Below are positions 53,801 to 59,800 of a stretch of DNA of 64,000 bases, piece after piece. Source of the stretch: Bispira polyomma (lineage: Eukaryota). The stretch is from the NCBI GenBank assembly GCA_965649765.1, contig OZ287754.1:59086001-59150000 (forward strand), read 5' to 3'. The position numbers were made by a program, and so were the translations under genes. The notes under the pieces are model-generated. The model searched no databases. It saw only the letters and a program-made list of their open reading frames with translations, and was not told where the DNA came from. The number at the start of each line of letters is the position of its first letter. The stretch's first letter is position 1.

Positions 53801-56800
53801 CTAAAAATGTATTAAAACTTAAATATTGTTTGCATAAAATGTGTGGTTTGTGAAATAAAGCTACTGAAAATATTAGCAAAAAGGATTTTTTTTTCTTTAA
53901 AACACCAATATTTCTGCAAGGATTTGTAAACTACTTTCTTCAAGGTCTATTTATTATGTCTCATGACCTTGTGATTTTGTTAATTTTGGGAGACCTCTTG
54001 GCACTGGCACGTTATCAATAAATAAGGTTAAACATAATGTGCTTTATTTATCTATATGAGAACATCATGATTTGAGTTATTTTTATTACCAGCATAGTCA
54101 TAATATAATAATAGTCATAAGAGACAATTTTCTCACAATACTAACCTTATACATTGGATCCACAACACTATAAGACACATATACTGCTACCCCCTGTACA
54201 TTATGGGCAGATGGTTGTACTTTTGGCCATACCAACATTTTTTTTCAACAATAACTTAAGAAATAGAATATTTGGATAATGGAAGTCCAGATAATAGAGG
54301 TTCTCAGTGTACAAAAAACAATATTAACATCATAGGGCGTGCTTATTTAATTTGAATTCCACAAATAAAAACCTTCTCATGTACTTAGCTAGCTGGTTTG
54401 CTCATGAATTTATCTGATCCCTTGTGAGCAGAGAACATTTCAATAACCCTTACAAAATAAAATTCAACCTTGTGTGTATGTGTGTCAAAACAAAAAGTCT
54501 TATTAAATTTCTGAAATAAAGACACTGAACGTGTATTAAAGATATTAAATAAGTGAGTATTGATTTTTCTCACTGATTTTAATAAAGTACACTCTGTGGA
54601 GTATTGTCTACACCTCTACAATGTACATGCATAGTCCCTGTACAGTACAATATATATATATATATATAATCTAACCTTTATAGTGCTTAGTCTCCGTTCT
54701 AGCGGATTCTTAGGCACGACACAGGAAAATCATTTCCATAATTTCATAATAGCTACTGAATGTACAGGGTTCATGATCGTAGAGACACCGAAATGGTAAG
54801 CGAGGCAAAGGTGGAAAGTTCTACGAAGGTTTTGAGCTTCTTTCTAAAACAGGTAAATGAGGAGGCAGTGCAAATATTATGAGGGCAGATCATTCCACAG
54901 CTTAGGAGCATCATATGAGAGCCTATTGTTGAAATGCCTGTTCGACTTATGAACTGATGGTACAAAGGTCTAATGACCAGAGAGTTCACTCACCCTGTCT
55001 ACAAAGCCTGTTTTCCACTGCTGTGAGTGTAGGGTCCCCATCTAACACACAGCTTACTTCTCTGTACTGTCTGCCTGACCCACACACCTCACCACCACCA
55101 CCACTACCCATAGAGCAGTTACCCCAGTCCCCTGTCTGCCACACATACCTAAGTAATAGAATATACACAGGTTTAGTTGGGTTTTATGTCATTTTCAACA
55201 GCTTAGAGTCATATTACGACGGCCAGATTCAATAGTGCAAGAAACCAGTGCTGAAGCTACTGTAAAACCACCGACCTACAACAAGTACCCGACATAACTT
55301 TCCCGACACATGAAGGAACAAATGGGATTCGAACCTCACATTGGTGAGGGACCAGTGATTGTGAAGTAATCTAACCACTAGGTCACCCGAGCCCCTATAT
55401 TCTAGATATACACAAGTAACACATATAACACCCTTAAGGCCTCTTCCGACTCATTCTGGGGAAATCTAGGTGACCTCCAGTTTGCACTGGTCATATTCCA
55501 TTCATGTTCCACTTTAGCAATCGCCCTATGTGCAAGTTGCATTCTCTATATTGCCCCTCACTCGACCATAAGCCATTCTTTGTACCTCTAGTGTGCATTG
55601 TTTTTACAACTGTTAAACATATCGTGGTCAGCACAGTTGTTTGTGGGTCGAGTTGTGAAATGCATAACATTCCCACATTCCCTAGAGAAGCAATATAGGT
55701 CTAATTTACAGATGACATGGACAGGGGTGATCTTTGTTCAACCACAGATTACAGATCGTTGGGGACTTTGATAAATGGTCATGCTTCAGCCACGACGCCC
55801 ATAGTGGCTGCCCATGAGGAAGCGCATTTGAAATCGAAATCACCCTATGTTGTATAAGTGCTCTATAACAAATGTCATATTTCATTTCAATTATCATGGT
55901 CTCTAGTGGTGAGGGAGTTTATATGGTGATCAGAAGCTCTCCGGTTTTCGACTCCTGTTTGGAAAGCTGGTCTAGGGATCAGAAATTCCTCAGTTTGACT
56001 CCTGATTTTGTGCCTTGAAAGAAACCCGATATCAATAAGGTGTGGTACAAACCCACAATACCATATATCACAAAGATCATATACTGACAAGGACAATAAT
56101 TTGTGTACTATTTTGACAGTAACCAGTCTAATATATTCTGACACTAGATCACTGACTGTCTGACACATTCTGACACCAACTGACTGACTGTCTAACAAAT
56201 CCGGACACTAATTCACTATCTTACACATTATAACAGTAAATCACTGGCCATCTGTAACATTCTGGTATTCACTTACTGGCTATCATTTCAACACTAAATC
56301 GCTGACTATATCTGACTCATTCTAACAGACACTGGCACATTTTAACTGACACTAATACATTCTGACTGACACTGAAACATTCTGAATGACACTGACACAT
56401 TCTAACTGTCTAAATCATTCTGACTGGCACATTCTGACTGACACTGACACATTCTCACTGTCTGACTCATTCTGACTGACACATAATGACTGGCATTGAC
56501 AAATAATTACTGGCATTGACACATTCTGACAGACACTGACACATTCTGACAGACACTGACACATTCTGACTGACACATTCTGACTAACACATTCTGACTA
56601 ATACTGACACACCCTCTTCACCCACCTGTCACATCTCTCCACATTGACACACTGTCTCCTCTCTGCGAGGTATGGACAGCTGCCCACCCCTCCCTCCCCC
56701 TCACTGACCACTCGCCTTGACCTGGACTGGTAGCCGGTGTCCACACTGTCACCCTGGAGGCTGTAGGACGAGGTCAGTTGGACACATGTACGGGAACAGG

Positions 56801-59800
56801 ATGACCAGGATGACCAACTGGTCACTTCACAGGCACAGGGAATGGTACACTGGGACTGAGATTTGGGCTTGGGTTGACCTGTTATATACACATAATCGTA
56901 CAATGGAATTGAGACTTTGGCTTGAGTTGACCTGTGATATACAACGTATTGTAGACTGGGACTGAGATTTGGGCTTGAGCTGACCTTGTATATACAAAGT
57001 AATGTACACTGAGAGTTGGGCTTGGGTTGACCTGTTATATGCAAAGTACACTGAGAATGAGATTTGGGCTTGGGTTGACCTGTTTTATACAAAGTACACT
57101 GAGAGTTGGGTTGACCTGTTATATACAAGGTATTGTACACTGGAACTGAGACTTGGCCTTGGGTTGACCTGGTATATATACAAAGTAATGTTCACTGAGA
57201 GTTGGGCTTGAGTTGACCTGTTATATACAAAGTTCACAAGACTGTGTTGTATCATATTTACATTTTTAGCATGCTTGATTGATAAAAGGCATCTTCTTAA
57301 TCATGAAAGACCAATCGTATAGATGTGTGTCCCATAACATAACCTGTGTGGTCATCAAGTAGGCAATGGTGTGTGTCCACATCTTGTCAAAAGGATGTTA
57401 TCCTACTAATGACCCTAGCAGCATTAGCGGGAGTCGAACTGGAGACCTTCTGATCAACAGACCAATCCCCTAAACAGCTAGGTCATAGTCGACCACACCA
57501 AGGCTCGAGCTTGGGAAGACCTGTTATATACAAAGACTTGTACACTGGGCTGTATAAAGTATTGTACACTAAGGCTTGGGTTTAGGGGTGGCCTGTTAAA
57601 TACTAAACGTTGACCAGGAGCCTTCTGCAATTGGCCATCAGCTAATGGCCCATTCCCATATCACCGGTGTGGTAGGCCGAACCAGAAGGTTGCATAATAG
57701 GTTAGCAGAAGTTACTGTAACTTTACTTTCCACCCATTTATTTGGCTAAAAATAGGCAAAAATCTACCCCATGAAACTTGTCCAGATAAGTCTTACAGAC
57801 GGAAAAAAACAGGAACAGGAGATTACTGATAGGAAAGACCTTACAGTAGTGAAACGGAAATAGTCCGAAATTGGTGTCAACAGGAGGAACAGTTAATTAC
57901 AGTAGTAAAACAGAAATACGTGGAACTAGTCGAAACAGGCAGAAACAGCCGATTACTAGGGTGAAATAGTTGCAGCAGTGAATCTGCATTACTTGGATAA
58001 GACGGAAGGATTTTCCATTTGTAAAACTTCCATACACTGCCGACTGTAGAAGGTTCGGGTAGGAAGCTAAACTTATGGGAAGGTGATCTTTACAATGTCT
58101 CTAATGGCCTCTCCTTTCCGTCATAGTGTGAACGCCACTTTAAGGAAAACAGAGGCTAAGTGTTAGCATAAATTTATGGGTGGGTCCAATTTATACAGCT
58201 TTCTGTGTCTAAATGCACACACACATGTTATCCACACACACCCTGAAAAATACTCTACATATAAAAGGTGCAGAGAGAAACAAGAGTTGTCTTTTAAAAA
58301 AGACACACGTGCACAGTGTAAAAAGTGTAAATTTACATTTATATAGCACTTTCTTTCCAAGCCTGGGCTTGTGCACTTGTCAACCAATTGTTCACTCTTA
58401 GCCCCCTCAAGAAACATACTAGCCAAGCTGCCACATGCCGCGCACAGACTAAAACGTATAAGGGTCCAGATACCCAATTATACACCTGGGTGGAGAGGGA
58501 CAGCTTTGTGTGAAGTACCTTGTCCAAGGGTACAATCTCAAAGATCGAACTTGTCAGATCCAAAGTCCGACACGGCTACAAAGACCGATATAAAAGTGTG
58601 AAATACACTAACGTTGATATGGTTACTGTATGGTAAGGTACCCGCTTGGCAACCCTATAAATATTAGGTCGAGTGCTTTCAACCAATCCCTTTTCAAAGA
58701 TGACGGAGCCCTTTTCAGAATGAAAATAATATCAGGCTAGCCTGATAAAAAAACTATCAGTTGGAGAGTCATTCAATCCAGACACATCTAACCATATTCC
58801 ACCAGATTCCTCTGGAATTCTAGAATTGACTGCAATGATAACACAGACCCCCTCACAGACAGATAGACCAAGTCTTATTACACACACAGATAGATATAGA
58901 GAGTCCCAGATCTTATGAGAAGTTCTAAGAGCTGTTTTTGTTATGGCAGTCCAAAGATTTGCCTTCATCAAATCCTATCAGGACCAGATGCATGTGGTTT
59001 CTGCAGTAGCAGTAGAAGCACACTGCCAGCATTGCATAACTGTTTGTACATCTGTCAAAACAACAAGGGGGATGTGAGTCTATAGGATGCTAGTAATTTT
59101 GGGGAGTAGAGAGGGGGAACACACATGAATATATTGTGTGTATTATCTACACCTAGACTGGGTGTGTGTGTGGTGGTGGGGTGGGGGGGGGCGTACCTAA
59201 TTACTGGAGGGGGAGGTGGGGGGAGGTTATCTTTATAATCTGAGTACTATGTGGAAAAAACTTATTATACAAGCCTAATTACTGTGTAAATATACATGTG
59301 TACTTTATATATATATATAGGGCCTAATAACTGGATGGATTTACTTCTAAATCAGAGTACAGATTATACTGTATAAAAATGGTATAAACAGAGCTCATTA
59401 TTAGGTGGATTAAATCGTAGTCTGCAATTTCTCTTTTACGTGGAAAAAAATTGTAGTTTCCACAAAAAGCCCTAATAAATCTATCAAATTAACCATTTCA
59501 TCTCCTATATTGTCAGCAAGCATTAGACGGTATTTGTTACCCGCACAACCTATGCCGACAAGCACTAAACAGCATTTCTTACTCCTATAACCTATATTGA
59601 GAAACAGTGGACACCATTTCTTACTCCTAGAACCTATTTCGACAAGCAGTGAACAGCATTTAAATTGTTACTCCCAGAATCTATGTTTGTCGGCAAGCAG
59701 AATTTTTATTTCAATTCTTGTCAATTCCTCGCAATAGGAAATTGTCGGTACAGTATGCTCCTTTGTTTTAAAAATTATACGTGCGGCTGTTATTAAATGC

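Noticed and set aside
58730-59055. Possible extra THSD7 exon (ttttgacag|ATGTAC..., Cys/Trp-containing)
   Set aside because: The phase-1 frame hits TGA before any good donor, and exon 62504 joins 56878 in frame without it.
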